Assembly (NCBI GenBank): GCA_964570665.1
Contig: CAZMZH010000007.1
Span: 29,319-61,318, forward strand
Direction: 5' to 3'
From: an uncultured Nitrospinota bacterium
GTDB lineage: Bacteria; Nitrospinota; Nitrospinia; Nitrospinales; JAJDAT01
DNA: 32,000 nucleotides
The translations under genes and the position numbers were made by a program. The notes under the pieces were generated by a model, which was not told the origin of the DNA, did no database searches, and was given only the letters and a program-made list of their open reading frames with translations. How positions within the stretch are numbered: position 1 is the stretch's first letter; every line of letters starts with the position of its first letter. Positions 1 to 9,056 of this stretch are shown one piece after another.

Positions 1-510
1 TCTAGCGGTAGTTTTAGTGAGGCCAATTAAACCAGCCTTAGCGGCTGAGTAGTTAGCTTGGCCAAAATTACCCATAACGCCCACTATAGAAGCAATATTA
101 ACAATAGAACCTGATTTTTGCTTCATCATTTGTTTTGTCGCTTGCTGAGTACACAAGAAACAGCCTTTAAGATTGGTAGATAAAACCGCGTCCCAATCGC
201 TTTCCTTCATACGAATCAACAATCCATCCCGAGTAATCCCTGCATTATTAACCAAAATATCTACCAGTTTTTGCTCTTTCGAAATGGAGTCGAAAACTGA
301 TTGAATATCCGCTGAATCGGTAACATCCAAACGCTTGGCCGAAGAAGACCCGCCAGCGCTTTTGATCTCTTCGGAAGATTTTTCGGCAACTTCTAACTGA
401 ATATCCGCGAGGACTACATGGGCTCCATCTCCGGCTAATTTTTTGGCAATAGCCAAACCGATTCCTTGAGCTCCACCGGTAACCAGGGCTATTTTACCAT
501 TTAATCCCAT
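1..510 (-). CDS. fabG: 3-oxoacyl-[ACP] reductase FabG, N-terminal part (C-terminus lies beyond the left edge)
   Basis: Manual minus-strand translation from ATG at 510-508 gives MGLNGKIALVTGGAQGIGLAIAKKLAGDGAHVV...VNNAGITRDGLL...NYSAAKAGLIGLTKTA. This shows the SDR TGxxxGIG, NNAG and YxxxK motifs. It follows fabD as in canonical fab clusters. Confidence 0.9.
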   Translation of the reverse strand, partial: MGLNGKIALVTGGAQGIGLAIAKKLAGDGAHVVLADIQLEVAEKSSEEIKSAGGSSSAKRLDVTDSADIQSVFDSISKEQKLVDILVNNAGITRDGLLIRMKESDWDAVLSTNLKGCFLCTQQATKQMMKQKSGSIVNIASIVGVMGNFGQANYSAAKAGLIGLTKTTAR

Positions 511-580
511 TTATCACTCCAATATATATTTTCAAAAATTTATAATTTTTTAAAAAACAAAATCAAAAAAATTCTAGCGA

Positions 581-1522
581 TTAAGATTCCTTCAAAGTCG
601 CCACCGCTTTTTCAAGCGATTCCCTATCGCCAATTGGAATACAAGTTTTCGATTTATCATAACGTTTTATTAATCCGCATAAAACCTTTCCAGGGCCGAA
701 TTCAATGACTCTTTCAATTTTTTCATTTACTAAATAAGTCATAGTTTCCGTCCATCTAACTGGAGAACAAACTTGACGAACTAAAGAGTCTCTTGCTATT
801 GTTCCATCAGAGACAGCTTTACAGTCTACATTTGTAATTACAGGAAAAATTGAATCTTTAAAGGTTATTTCTTCAAGTTTTGCTTTAAGTTTAATTTCGG
901 CAGGTTTCATGAGGGAGCAATGAAACGGAGCGCTGACCGGCAATAAAATTGATTTTTTAGCGCCAGAATTTTTAGCTTCTTCAGCCAGTTTTTCTACTGC
1001 ATCTTTATGGCCCGCTGCAACAATTTGAGTTGGACTATTCATATTAGCAGGTTGGACAAAACATTCAGCCTTGGAAATTTGGTTACAAAGTTTTTCGACT
1101 TCGTTTAATTCCAAACCAATAATAGCCGCCATGGCGCCAACCCCAACAGGAACCGCTTCTTGCATATATCGGCCCCGATTCTGTACAACTTTTACTGCAT
1201 CGGCAAACTCTAAAGCGCCTGCGGCAACTAAAGCGGAATACTCTCCTAAGCTATGTCCGGCGGCAACCACGGCATCTATATCATGTTCCCTAAGGCTTTT
1301 CAAGGCTATTATACTGTGTATTAATATTGCCGGTTGGGTGTTTTCAGTGAGCATTAATTCGTCTTCCGGACCTTCAAAACAGATACGCGCAATATCTTTC
1401 TCAAGAAGTTCGTTTGCTTCTTCATACATGGATTTAGCCCAATCAAAACCATCGTAGAAATCTTTCCCCATTCCTACAAATTGAGCTCCCTGTCCTGGAA
1501 ATACAAAGGCCGTTTTTACCAT
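581..1522 (-). CDS. fabD: malonyl-CoA:ACP transacylase
   Basis: 313 aa. Has FPGQGAQ at the N-terminus and the GHSLGEYSALVAAG active-site serine motif. Its start overlaps the fabH stop. Confidence 0.95.
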   Translation of the reverse strand: MVKTAFVFPGQGAQFVGMGKDFYDGFDWAKSMYEEANELLEKDIARICFEGPEDELMLTENTQPAILIHSIIALKSLREHDIDAVVAAGHSLGEYSALVAAGALEFADAVKVVQNRGRYMQEAVPVGVGAMAAIIGLELNEVEKLCNQISKAECFVQPANMNSPTQIVAAGHKDAVEKLAEEAKNSGAKKSILLPVSAPFHCSLMKPAEIKLKAKLEEITFKDSIFPVITNVDCKAVSDGTIARDSLVRQVCSPVRWTETMTYLVNEKIERVIEFGPGKVLCGLIKRYDKSKTCIPIGDRESLEKAVATLKES

Positions 1523-2502
1523 TTAACCAACGCCGCTCCCCAAGTTAATCCCGCTCCTAAAACGGGCATTAGAATTAGATCTCCAGATTTTATTTTACCG
1601 TCACACACCCATTCATGCAGCGCTATAGGAATAGAAGCAGCTGAAGTATTACCATATTTATGGATATTAACGGCTACTTTTTCTGTAGGTACCTTTAGTT
1701 TTGCTCCCACCGCGTCAATAATACGCTGGTTTGCCTGGTGAGGGATTATCCAATCCACATTTTCTAGCGAAAAACCATTGAATTTTAACGCTTCTAAGGA
1801 CACTTCGGTCATTCTTCTGACCGCTAATTTAAAAGTTGGGCCCCCATCCATTTTTATCACAAATTTGTTATCATCCAACGCTTTCTGAGAAATTCGTTCT
1901 TTGCCAAAACCTCCAGGGTTTTGGATTAATTCAGAATGGCCGCCATCTGAATAAATATGAGTTGAGAGTAATCCTGTTTTTTCGGAAGATTCGGTTTTTG
2001 ATAAAACTACAGCTCCAGCGCCATCGCCAAAAATAATGCAAGTTGAACGATCTTTCCAATCTACAATACGAGAATTGACTTCGCTAGCGACGACCAAAAC
2101 ATTCTGGTATCTACCAGATTTTATATATTGCTCCGCTATAGACAAGCCAAAGATAAAACCGGAACATACGGCTGAAATATCATAAGCTGCGCAATTCCCT
2201 GCATCTAATTTTTTTTGTAAAAAACAGGCTGTTGATGGAAAGATGATATCTGGCGTAGAAGTACAAACGATGATCATATCCAGGTTTTTAGCCTCTAATC
2301 CGGCTGAGTTTAGGGCTATTTTGGACGCCTCCAATGCCAAATCCGATGGGGCTTGATCTTCTGCGGCAATTCTTCTTTCTTTAATACCCGTTCTTTCGCT
2401 AATCCACTCATCCGAAGTATCGACCAACTTTTCCAAATCGAAATTAGTTAAAACCTTTTCGGGAACATACATTCCCGTGCCCTTAATTTCAGCGTTAAAC
2501 AA
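1516..2502 (-). CDS. fabH: 3-oxoacyl-ACP synthase III
   Basis: 328 aa. Has the AVCSGF active-site Cys region, HQANQRII and GNTSAASIP (Cys-His-Asn triad context). Lies in the fab cluster. Confidence 0.95.
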   Translation of the reverse strand: MFNAEIKGTGMYVPEKVLTNFDLEKLVDTSDEWISERTGIKERRIAAEDQAPSDLALEASKIALNSAGLEAKNLDMIIVCTSTPDIIFPSTACFLQKKLDAGNCAAYDISAVCSGFIFGLSIAEQYIKSGRYQNVLVVASEVNSRIVDWKDRSTCIIFGDGAGAVVLSKTESSEKTGLLSTHIYSDGGHSELIQNPGGFGKERISQKALDDNKFVIKMDGGPTFKLAVRRMTEVSLEALKFNGFSLENVDWIIPHQANQRIIDAVGAKLKVPTEKVAVNIHKYGNTSAASIPIALHEWVCDGKIKSGDLILMPVLGAGLTWGAALVKW

Positions 2503-2545
2503 AGAGTTTTTCTCCAGTCAGAACAGTAAGAGTTAGATAAAAGGT

Positions 2546-3811
2546 TTATTCTGCAGCCTCAGGCTTGGGATCGGATGGTTTGGGCGGAGTGGAATCGGAT
2601 GAATCAGGAGAAATGGGCCCTGACTGATCAGATAATTCTTTTGACTCGCTTGATACGATAGTTTCGTCTGATTCCTTTAAATCGGAAGGGTTTTCCAATG
2701 TGTCAGATGATTCCTCTGTCGGCTTTTCATTATCATTTGCCGAGTCCGTACCAAAATGAATACTTTCTTTCAAGTGTTGCCAAATTATTCCTTTTCGCAT
2801 CCAAAGATCTTGATCTTCTAAATTCTCTTCAATATCTTCTTGAATATGTTCATTGACCTTTTTTTCAATAAACTCTTTTGCTCTTTTTATAGCATTTTTA
2901 ATTGCTTTTGGAGAAGAACTGCCATGCGCAATGATACAAACGCCATTAACTCCTAACAGTGGAGCTCCACCCGTTTCAGAATAATCGACGGATCTTTTAA
3001 AACTTTCCAAATAGGGTTTTAATAATAAAGCTCCTAACTTACTAATCCAGTTTGTCAAAAATATTTTTTTCAAACTTACGCCAATCATATGGGCCAAACT
3101 TTCACTTATCTTTAAAGCAACATTTCCTATAAAACCATCGCAAACAATGACGTCGGCGTTACCCTTGTAAACTTCTTTTCCTTCAATATTTCCCATGAAA
3201 TTGATATGGCTTTTTTTAAGCATTTGAAAAACTTCTTTGGTAATTTCATTACCTTTTGAGTCTTCCTCTCCAATGCTTAGTAATCCTACCTCTGGTTTTT
3301 CATTTCCTATAATATATTTTGCGTAAACATGGCCCATAATTGCAAATTGGAACAATTGAGCGGCTTTGCAATCCACATTGGCGCCAGCATCTAATAGAAT
3401 AGAAGTTCCTTTTAAAGTAGGTAGTTGAATGGCTATGGCAGGTCTATCTACACCTTTAAGCGGTCGAAGAATAATTGTGGAGTAAGCCAATACGGCCCCA
3501 GTATTGCCAGCGCTCACAAAGGCGCCGGCCTCCCCTTTTTTAACTAGGTCTAAACCAATCTTCATAGAAGATTTGCGTTTACCTCGCAAGGCTTTGCTAG
3601 GGGAGTCCTCCATCGTGACAATTTCATCGGCGTGAACCACTTCGATATTGAGACGTTCGCTAGCAGGAAACTTATTAAGCTCTTTTTCGACTAAATCCTT
3701 AATTCCTACAAGGATAATCTCTATATCATATTCTTTAGAGGCCAACACAGACCCCTCGACAATCGCCTCTGGAGCATGATCTCCGCCCATTGCGTCAACG
3801 ACTATTTTCAT
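2546..3811 (-). CDS. plsX: phosphate acyltransferase PlsX with an extra roughly 85-aa acidic Ser/Pro-rich C-terminal tail
   Basis: N-terminus MKIVVDAMGGDHAP is typical of PlsX. Position between rpmF and fabH is canonical. The tail ...SDTLENPSDLKESDETIVSSESKELSDQSGPISPDSSDSTPPKPSDPKPEAAE is low-complexity. Confidence 0.9.
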   Translation of the reverse strand: MKIVVDAMGGDHAPEAIVEGSVLASKEYDIEIILVGIKDLVEKELNKFPASERLNIEVVHADEIVTMEDSPSKALRGKRKSSMKIGLDLVKKGEAGAFVSAGNTGAVLAYSTIILRPLKGVDRPAIAIQLPTLKGTSILLDAGANVDCKAAQLFQFAIMGHVYAKYIIGNEKPEVGLLSIGEEDSKGNEITKEVFQMLKKSHINFMGNIEGKEVYKGNADVIVCDGFIGNVALKISESLAHMIGVSLKKIFLTNWISKLGALLLKPYLESFKRSVDYSETGGAPLLGVNGVCIIAHGSSSPKAIKNAIKRAKEFIEKKVNEHIQEDIEENLEDQDLWMRKGIIWQHLKESIHFGTDSANDNEKPTEESSDTLENPSDLKESDETIVSSESKELSDQSGPISPDSSDSTPPKPSDPKPEAAE

Positions 3812-3949
3812 TCTTCACCAAATTCAGTAAAATTTGCCATACAGATCGAAGAGAGTTGGAGAATAAGGCGTTCCTTTGCTTGAGGCAACACATTGGCCAC
3901 TTCCATCAAGCCATCTACTCCAATATAGGTAGGAAGTTTGGAAGGACCT

Positions 3950-4132
3950 TTATGCGTCGTCAATCTCCAAAATCTCTTTTTCTTTATAATGTCCACAATA
4001 AGGGCATACCATATGCGGTCGCTTCATTTCAGAACATTCCGGACACTCGGAATAAGCTGGAACTTTTAAAGCATGATGGGACCTTCTCATTCCTTTTTTG
4101 GATTTAGAGGTCCTTTTTTTAGGGGTTGGCAT
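3950..4132 (-). CDS. rpmF: 50S ribosomal protein L32
   Basis: 60 aa, MPTPKKRTSKSKKGMRRSH... with a CPEC...CPYCG zinc ribbon. Immediately downstream of yceD. Confidence 0.95.
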   Translation of the reverse strand: MPTPKKRTSKSKKGMRRSHHALKVPAYSECPECSEMKRPHMVCPYCGHYKEKEILEIDDA

Positions 4133-4684
4133 CTAACTATTCTCCTTTTGTTGCAATTTTTCTTTCAGTTGTTTCAATTTTTCAAACCTTGGATCAATGG
4201 CGGCATTTTCGCCGCATTTGCATTGAGATTCGTTTAAATTTTGACCGCAATCCGAACACAACCCCAGGCAATCTTTTTTGCACAATTGAATCATTGGCAA
4301 AGCTAACATAATGGCATCGCGAACAGAAGCAGCTAAATTGATTTTGGAATCTGTATAAAATTCCGCATCAATTTCTTCTTCCAATGTTTGCCTTTCCATT
4401 TCTAATTCGTTCGCCGAAGGCTTTGGAATAAATCTAGCAAAAACTTCGGTTTCCGCTAAAAACTGAAAAGGCGCCAGGCAACGGGAACATAAAAGCCTTA
4501 AATCAGCTTTCGCTTTCCCTCTAAAATAAATTTCTTTTTTAAATAGCTTTAATTCACCTTTAACGGCGACTGGTTTTTCTAGAACGCAATCATTTTGATT
4601 TATTTCAAATAGTTCCGCATTTGCGGAAACATCCAAATTAAACCCACTGCTTGGAATTCGGTTTATCTCAAATTCCATGATCAC
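4133..4684 (-). CDS. yceD: YceD/DUF177 family protein (large-subunit rRNA accumulation protein)
   Basis: 183 aa. Has a Cys cluster (CSRCL...CKKDCLGLCSDCGQNLNESQCKC) and conserved placement directly upstream of rpmF. Confidence 0.8.
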   Translation of the reverse strand: MIMEFEINRIPSSGFNLDVSANAELFEINQNDCVLEKPVAVKGELKLFKKEIYFRGKAKADLRLLCSRCLAPFQFLAETEVFARFIPKPSANELEMERQTLEEEIDAEFYTDSKINLAASVRDAIMLALPMIQLCKKDCLGLCSDCGQNLNESQCKCGENAAIDPRFEKLKQLKEKLQQKENS

Positions 4685-5383
4685 ATTTAGGAAAGTTGAT
4701 TAAAGCCCAAAATTATAGAAATACCTGGTGAGGCAAATTTTTATTTTATCTATTTCCCTTATCCTAGTCAAGCCAATTACTTTAATAAAATAAAGAGGTT
4801 AGAGACAAGCTTTTGAGGCTTTATAAATAAATATATAGTGGGGAATTAAAATATCTAAATTTAAGTATATGGGCGAAATTTATCCTGTATATCCAGAAAG
4901 CAGGTTTAAGCGATATGTGTATAAATATGAGCGGTAAAATTATCGAAAAGACAAACTTTTGCTGGGATAACCTTAAAATGTGCTAACCCTCGATAACGGC
5001 TAGTATCATCTCTGGAAACTATTCCACAAAGTTCTTTCCTTTTTAAATTCAAACTATTAATTAATTTGGAGAAATTTTTAATAAATAAAACTGGAAAGGC
5101 CTGGATAGTGATAATTATATTTCCATATATACTATAGAGGCAAAAAATTAATACTTAAGAGGGACAAAAAAGATTAAATTTTTCATATCAGAACCTTATT
5201 CAAGAAATTTTTCCAAATTTTAATAAATTTAATTTATTTTTCTGAAGAGGCTGATTGGATGACAGTATTATGATGTACGCGAAATGATACTTGATTAGGC
5301 CATTAGAGATCCATTACCTCCTCACACTTTTAGTCGCTTATTTCTTTTTTTAATTTAACAATCAAGACTAATACAAAACCAAA

Positions 5384-7099
5384 ATGATCAAATTAAGAAT
5401 ATTTATCAACGTCTTATTTTTTATCATTTTTTTATATGTGAATATAAAAACTAGCGAAGCCGAAATAACCTTTCTTACCTTGCCCGATTCTCCTTATGAA
5501 AATAAGGATTTTTATTTAGCCGAAAAAGAATTAAAAAACCTTCCAAAAAATACCAATTTTATTATTCACATTGGACATAAAACGGATGCACAAGAAGGAG
5601 ATTGTGATGAAAATAATTATAAAGATTTAAGTTTTTTACTAAAACAGTCCCCCCTACCCGTTTTTATAATTCCCGGCGCAAATGTCTATTGGAATTGCAA
5701 AAATAAAAATAAAAGAAATCCATTTTGGGATAAATACTTTGGACAATTTGAAAATAATTGGGATTTAAATTTTTCAGTCGCCAGACAAAAGGAACAAAAA
5801 GAAAACTTTGCGTTTTTATTGGAAAACACCCTTTTTATCGGAATCAATTTATTTGAAAAAAGAGATAGAGAAGTTATTAAATTTAATAAAATATTACGAA
5901 ATAATATTTCCTGGGTTCAAGAAAACTTAACTCAAAATCAAAACTTAGTTAAGAATTTAGTTATTTTCTCTCATGACTTTAGCGGACTTAAAGACGAAAA
6001 TTCTGATTATTTTGCTTGCGGTGAAATTCAATTTAACTCTTGGAATATTCATAAAGATTATAAGCTTTTTAGAGATCAATTTATTGAATTAGCCAAAAAC
6101 TTCAACAAACCAATCCTTTACATTCATGGGAATAAACAGTGTTGGACATATGATCGTCCTTATAAAGAACTAAAAAACATTGAAAGGATTATTTTAGATA
6201 AACTCGGAAATCAACCAATGGTTAAAATCACCGTAGGAAAAGGAGGTTTTGCTATAGATCAAAGAACCCATAATAGATTTGATTTCTACCTTCATGAAGC
6301 GATTCAAGGAAATCCAAGGTCGCAATATTTTCTTGGTTTAGAATACTTAAAAATACAAGACTACGAGAATTCAACAAAATGGCTAACAAAAGCGTCTCTT
6401 CAAAATTACCCTCCCGCACAAATCCTGCTAGGCGAAATGCTTAAAGGCAATAACAATGAAAATAAACTGAAAGATTATGCAAAGGCTATAGAACTGTTTC
6501 AGTTGTCAATAGATCGGAAAAATTTCAATATTAACAACGTCAAAAATAAAAAAACTGATAATACTCCTCTTACATACCAAAAAAGAATTAATCAATTTCA
6601 TAAAGAAGTAATAAAAAACTCTTTATATAAAGCTAATTTCAACCTAGGGACTATGTATTTTTTGGGTCTTGGGACCTCTCAGGACTATAAAAAAGCCTTA
6701 AATTATTTCAAAAAAGCTGGAAAAGGAGTTGGTAGCGCTTATTATAATATTGCAACAATCTACTACAATGGCCTAGGAGTTAAAAAGGATGTCAACGAAG
6801 CCAAAAATTGGTGTATCAAAGGGGCTTTAAATGGAATAAAAGAATGCAGTTTTTTGGTTGGTAACATTTATCGAACGGGTCAAGATGGCGTAAAACCAAA
6901 TTATTTGGAAGCTGTAAAATGGTTTAAGCTTGCAGGAAAACATGGAAAAAGTTTATTTAATCTTGGCGTTTTATATTTTAAAGGCTTAGGAGTCTCGCAG
7001 AATATTAAAACAGCAATCAAATATTTTAAAAATGCTGAAATAAATGGAAGTTTAGAAGCAAAAAAAGTATTAGAAAGTCTCCGCAGCGCTCCCAAATAA
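5384..7099 (+). CDS. secreted protein: degenerate metallophosphoesterase-like N-domain plus C-terminal Sel1-like repeats (paralog 1)
   Basis: Hydrophobic N-terminal signal-like segment ending SEAE. Metallophosphoesterase-like motif positions are PDSPY, IIHIGHKTD, IIPGANVY, IFSHDF and IHGNKQCW, with several metal ligands replaced. The C-terminal half has about 6 Sel1 units (e.g. ANFNLGTMYFLGLGTSQDYKKALNYFKKAG). Confidence 0.7.
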   Translation: MIKLRIFINVLFFIIFLYVNIKTSEAEITFLTLPDSPYENKDFYLAEKELKNLPKNTNFIIHIGHKTDAQEGDCDENNYKDLSFLLKQSPLPVFIIPGANVYWNCKNKNKRNPFWDKYFGQFENNWDLNFSVARQKEQKENFAFLLENTLFIGINLFEKRDREVIKFNKILRNNISWVQENLTQNQNLVKNLVIFSHDFSGLKDENSDYFACGEIQFNSWNIHKDYKLFRDQFIELAKNFNKPILYIHGNKQCWTYDRPYKELKNIERIILDKLGNQPMVKITVGKGGFAIDQRTHNRFDFYLHEAIQGNPRSQYFLGLEYLKIQDYENSTKWLTKASLQNYPPAQILLGEMLKGNNNENKLKDYAKAIELFQLSIDRKNFNINNVKNKKTDNTPLTYQKRINQFHKEVIKNSLYKANFNLGTMYFLGLGTSQDYKKALNYFKKAGKGVGSAYYNIATIYYNGLGVKKDVNEAKNWCIKGALNGIKECSFLVGNIYRTGQDGVKPNYLEAVKWFKLAGKHGKSLFNLGVLYFKGLGVSQNIKTAIKYFKNAEINGSLEAKKVLESLRSAPK

Positions 7100-7280
7100 T
7101 AAATTAAAGATTTATTACCTATACTGTATTTCGATTTTTTATGGATACAGGATAACTAAAAACAAAATCAATAACCGTTTAAATTTCTTTTTCTATAAAA
7201 CTCTTGGAAGTTATAAAACGTCAAAAAACATTTTATTGATAATATCCTCATTATTCGATTTGAAATAAACCAAATTTTTT

Positions 7281-8981
7281 ATGATAAAACCTATACTTTT
7301 TTTAAAAACCTTATTTCTTATTATTATTTTCATATTTACGAATATTGATAACAGCAAGGCAGAAGTAAGTTTTCTTGCCATGGCCGATTCTCCTTATACC
7401 AACAAAGCTTTTTATTTAATTGAAAACGAATTAGAAAATGTTCCTCAAAACACAAATTTCATAATTCACCTTGGGGACATAAAACCAAAAGAAAAGAATT
7501 GTACAGAAAAAGATTATAAAGATTTTAGAGACCTTCTAAAACAATCGCCCATACCTGTTTTTATAATTCCGGGAACTAATGGTTATAGTGTTTGCGGCGA
7601 CCATTCCCAGGCAAAACAATTTTGGGATCAATATATCTTGAAATTTGAAAAAAATTGGAAGTTGAAATTTTTAGTAAATAGACAAAAAGAACAAAAAGAG
7701 AATTTTTCGTTTTTATTAGAGAATACGCTTTTTATAGGAATTAATTTATTCGAAAAAAAGAATCCAGAAAAAAATAGTTATAAAAATATATTAAAAAATA
7801 ATATAACTTGGCTACAAAAAAACTTAAAACAGCATCAAGATCAAGTAAAAAACCTTGTAATCTTTGCCCACGATTTTATCGGTCTAAAAAACAAGAATTA
7901 TTCCAATAAATCTTGCGGGAATATAATTTTAAAGTCTTGGAAAGCCCATAAAAGCAATGACTATTTTAGAAATCATTTTTATTCACTTGTTAAAGAATTT
8001 AAAAAACCTATCCTTTATATCAACGGTAACGATCATTGCTGGACCCATGACCGTCCTTATAAGGGAATAACTTTTTTTGAAAGAATTGTAATAGACAAGA
8101 TTGAAAAATTGCCAATGGTGAAATTTACGATAAAAGATAACAAGTTTCGTTTGGATCAACGAATCAAGGATAGAGAAAACATCTTAATTAAAAAAGCAAC
8201 TTTAGGAGACGTATGGTCTCAATACTTTCTTTCTTCAGAATACTTTAATTTAAATGAACTCCAAAAAGCAAAGAAATGGCTAGCTAAAGCGGCGAACCAG
8301 GAGTTTCCACCTGCCAAAGCTTTACTAGGAAAAATCCTTCAAGGTTTTTTAAATAAAACTTCAGGAGGAAACTATGACCAAGCTAATTTTTTATTACAAT
8401 CATCTATTAAAAAACAAGGCGCTGAAATTGATAATTTCTTAATTGGAAAAAACAATCTTCCATATCAAAAAAGAATTAATCAATTAAAACGAAAAATAAT
8501 AAAAGCTTCAAAATATGAAGCTCATTTTGACTTAGGCTTGATGTACTTTAGGGGGCTTGGGCAAAAACAAAATTATAAGGAAGCGTTAAAACATTACAAA
8601 AAAGCGAGCCAAGGCGTGGGTAATGCCTATTTTAATATTGCTATGTTCCACTTCTATGGTTTAGGAATTGCCAAAAATTCTAATGAGGCCATAAAATGGT
8701 GTACTAAAGGCGCCGTTCATGGGGTTACAGCCTGTATGTTTTTTATTGGCAAATTATATTTGGATGGCCTAGAAGTAAAAAAAGATTATAAAAAAGCCGC
8801 GAAATGGTTTAAATCTGCCGGCAATCATGCCCAAAGTTTATTACATCTAGGTTTTTTATATTTTAACGGTTTAGGAGTACCTCAAGACAATAAAATTGCG
8901 ATGAATTACTTTAAAAATTCTGCTAGAAATGGAAGTCAAGAAGCAAAAAAAATATTAGATATTATTAAAAACAATAAATAA
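7281..8981 (+). CDS. secreted protein: metallophosphoesterase-like N-domain plus Sel1-like repeats (paralog 2)
   Basis: Collinear with the upstream paralog over its full length (ADSPY, IIHLGDIKP, IIPGTNGY, IFAHDF, INGNDHCW). Sel1 units include AHFDLGLMYFRGLGQKQNYKEALKHYKKAS. Has a signal-like N-terminus. Confidence 0.7.
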   Translation: MIKPILFLKTLFLIIIFIFTNIDNSKAEVSFLAMADSPYTNKAFYLIENELENVPQNTNFIIHLGDIKPKEKNCTEKDYKDFRDLLKQSPIPVFIIPGTNGYSVCGDHSQAKQFWDQYILKFEKNWKLKFLVNRQKEQKENFSFLLENTLFIGINLFEKKNPEKNSYKNILKNNITWLQKNLKQHQDQVKNLVIFAHDFIGLKNKNYSNKSCGNIILKSWKAHKSNDYFRNHFYSLVKEFKKPILYINGNDHCWTHDRPYKGITFFERIVIDKIEKLPMVKFTIKDNKFRLDQRIKDRENILIKKATLGDVWSQYFLSSEYFNLNELQKAKKWLAKAANQEFPPAKALLGKILQGFLNKTSGGNYDQANFLLQSSIKKQGAEIDNFLIGKNNLPYQKRINQLKRKIIKASKYEAHFDLGLMYFRGLGQKQNYKEALKHYKKASQGVGNAYFNIAMFHFYGLGIAKNSNEAIKWCTKGAVHGVTACMFFIGKLYLDGLEVKKDYKKAAKWFKSAGNHAQSLLHLGFLYFNGLGVPQDNKIAMNYFKNSARNGSQEAKKILDIIKNNK

Positions 8982-9056
8982 CTTATCCGATATTTTAATA
9001 TTTATGAATTAATCAAAGTTACTAAAGATTATTTATATTAGGTTTTAAAAGTCTGA

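Noticed and set aside
1071-2036. Plus-strand ORFs 1071..1457, 1481..1741 and 1836..2036. The same applies to 9394..9690, 12470..12658, 13415..13678, 14175..14390, 14664..14984, 16208..16390, 16830..17280, 20329..20583, 23945..24169, 24306..24671, 26161..26379, 30021..30358, 31071..31277, 31348..31557 and 31591..31785.
   Set aside because: All lie antisense or out of frame within well-supported genes and have low-complexity or biased composition. They are treated as shadow ORFs.
3790-4311. ORFs 3790..4107(+), 3808..3996(-) and 4126..4311(+) around rpmF.
   Set aside because: They overlap rpmF, yceD or the plsX start and have no recognisable features. The rpmF-plsX spacer is only 138 bp.
4915-5045. 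Roughly 48-codon minus-strand open frame (..KELCGIVSRDDTSRYRGLAHFKVIPAKVCLFDNFTAHIYTHIA) in the long intergenic region, possibly a gene remnant.
   Set aside because: It has no ATG or Shine-Dalgarno and no recognisable family, and it is below a reliable length. It may be a relic, but this cannot be supported.
7100-7280. The inverted repeat ctgtat...atacag between the two Sel1 paralogs could be a terminator.
   Set aside because: The stem is only 6 bp, AT-rich, with a roughly 16-nt loop and no following T-run.
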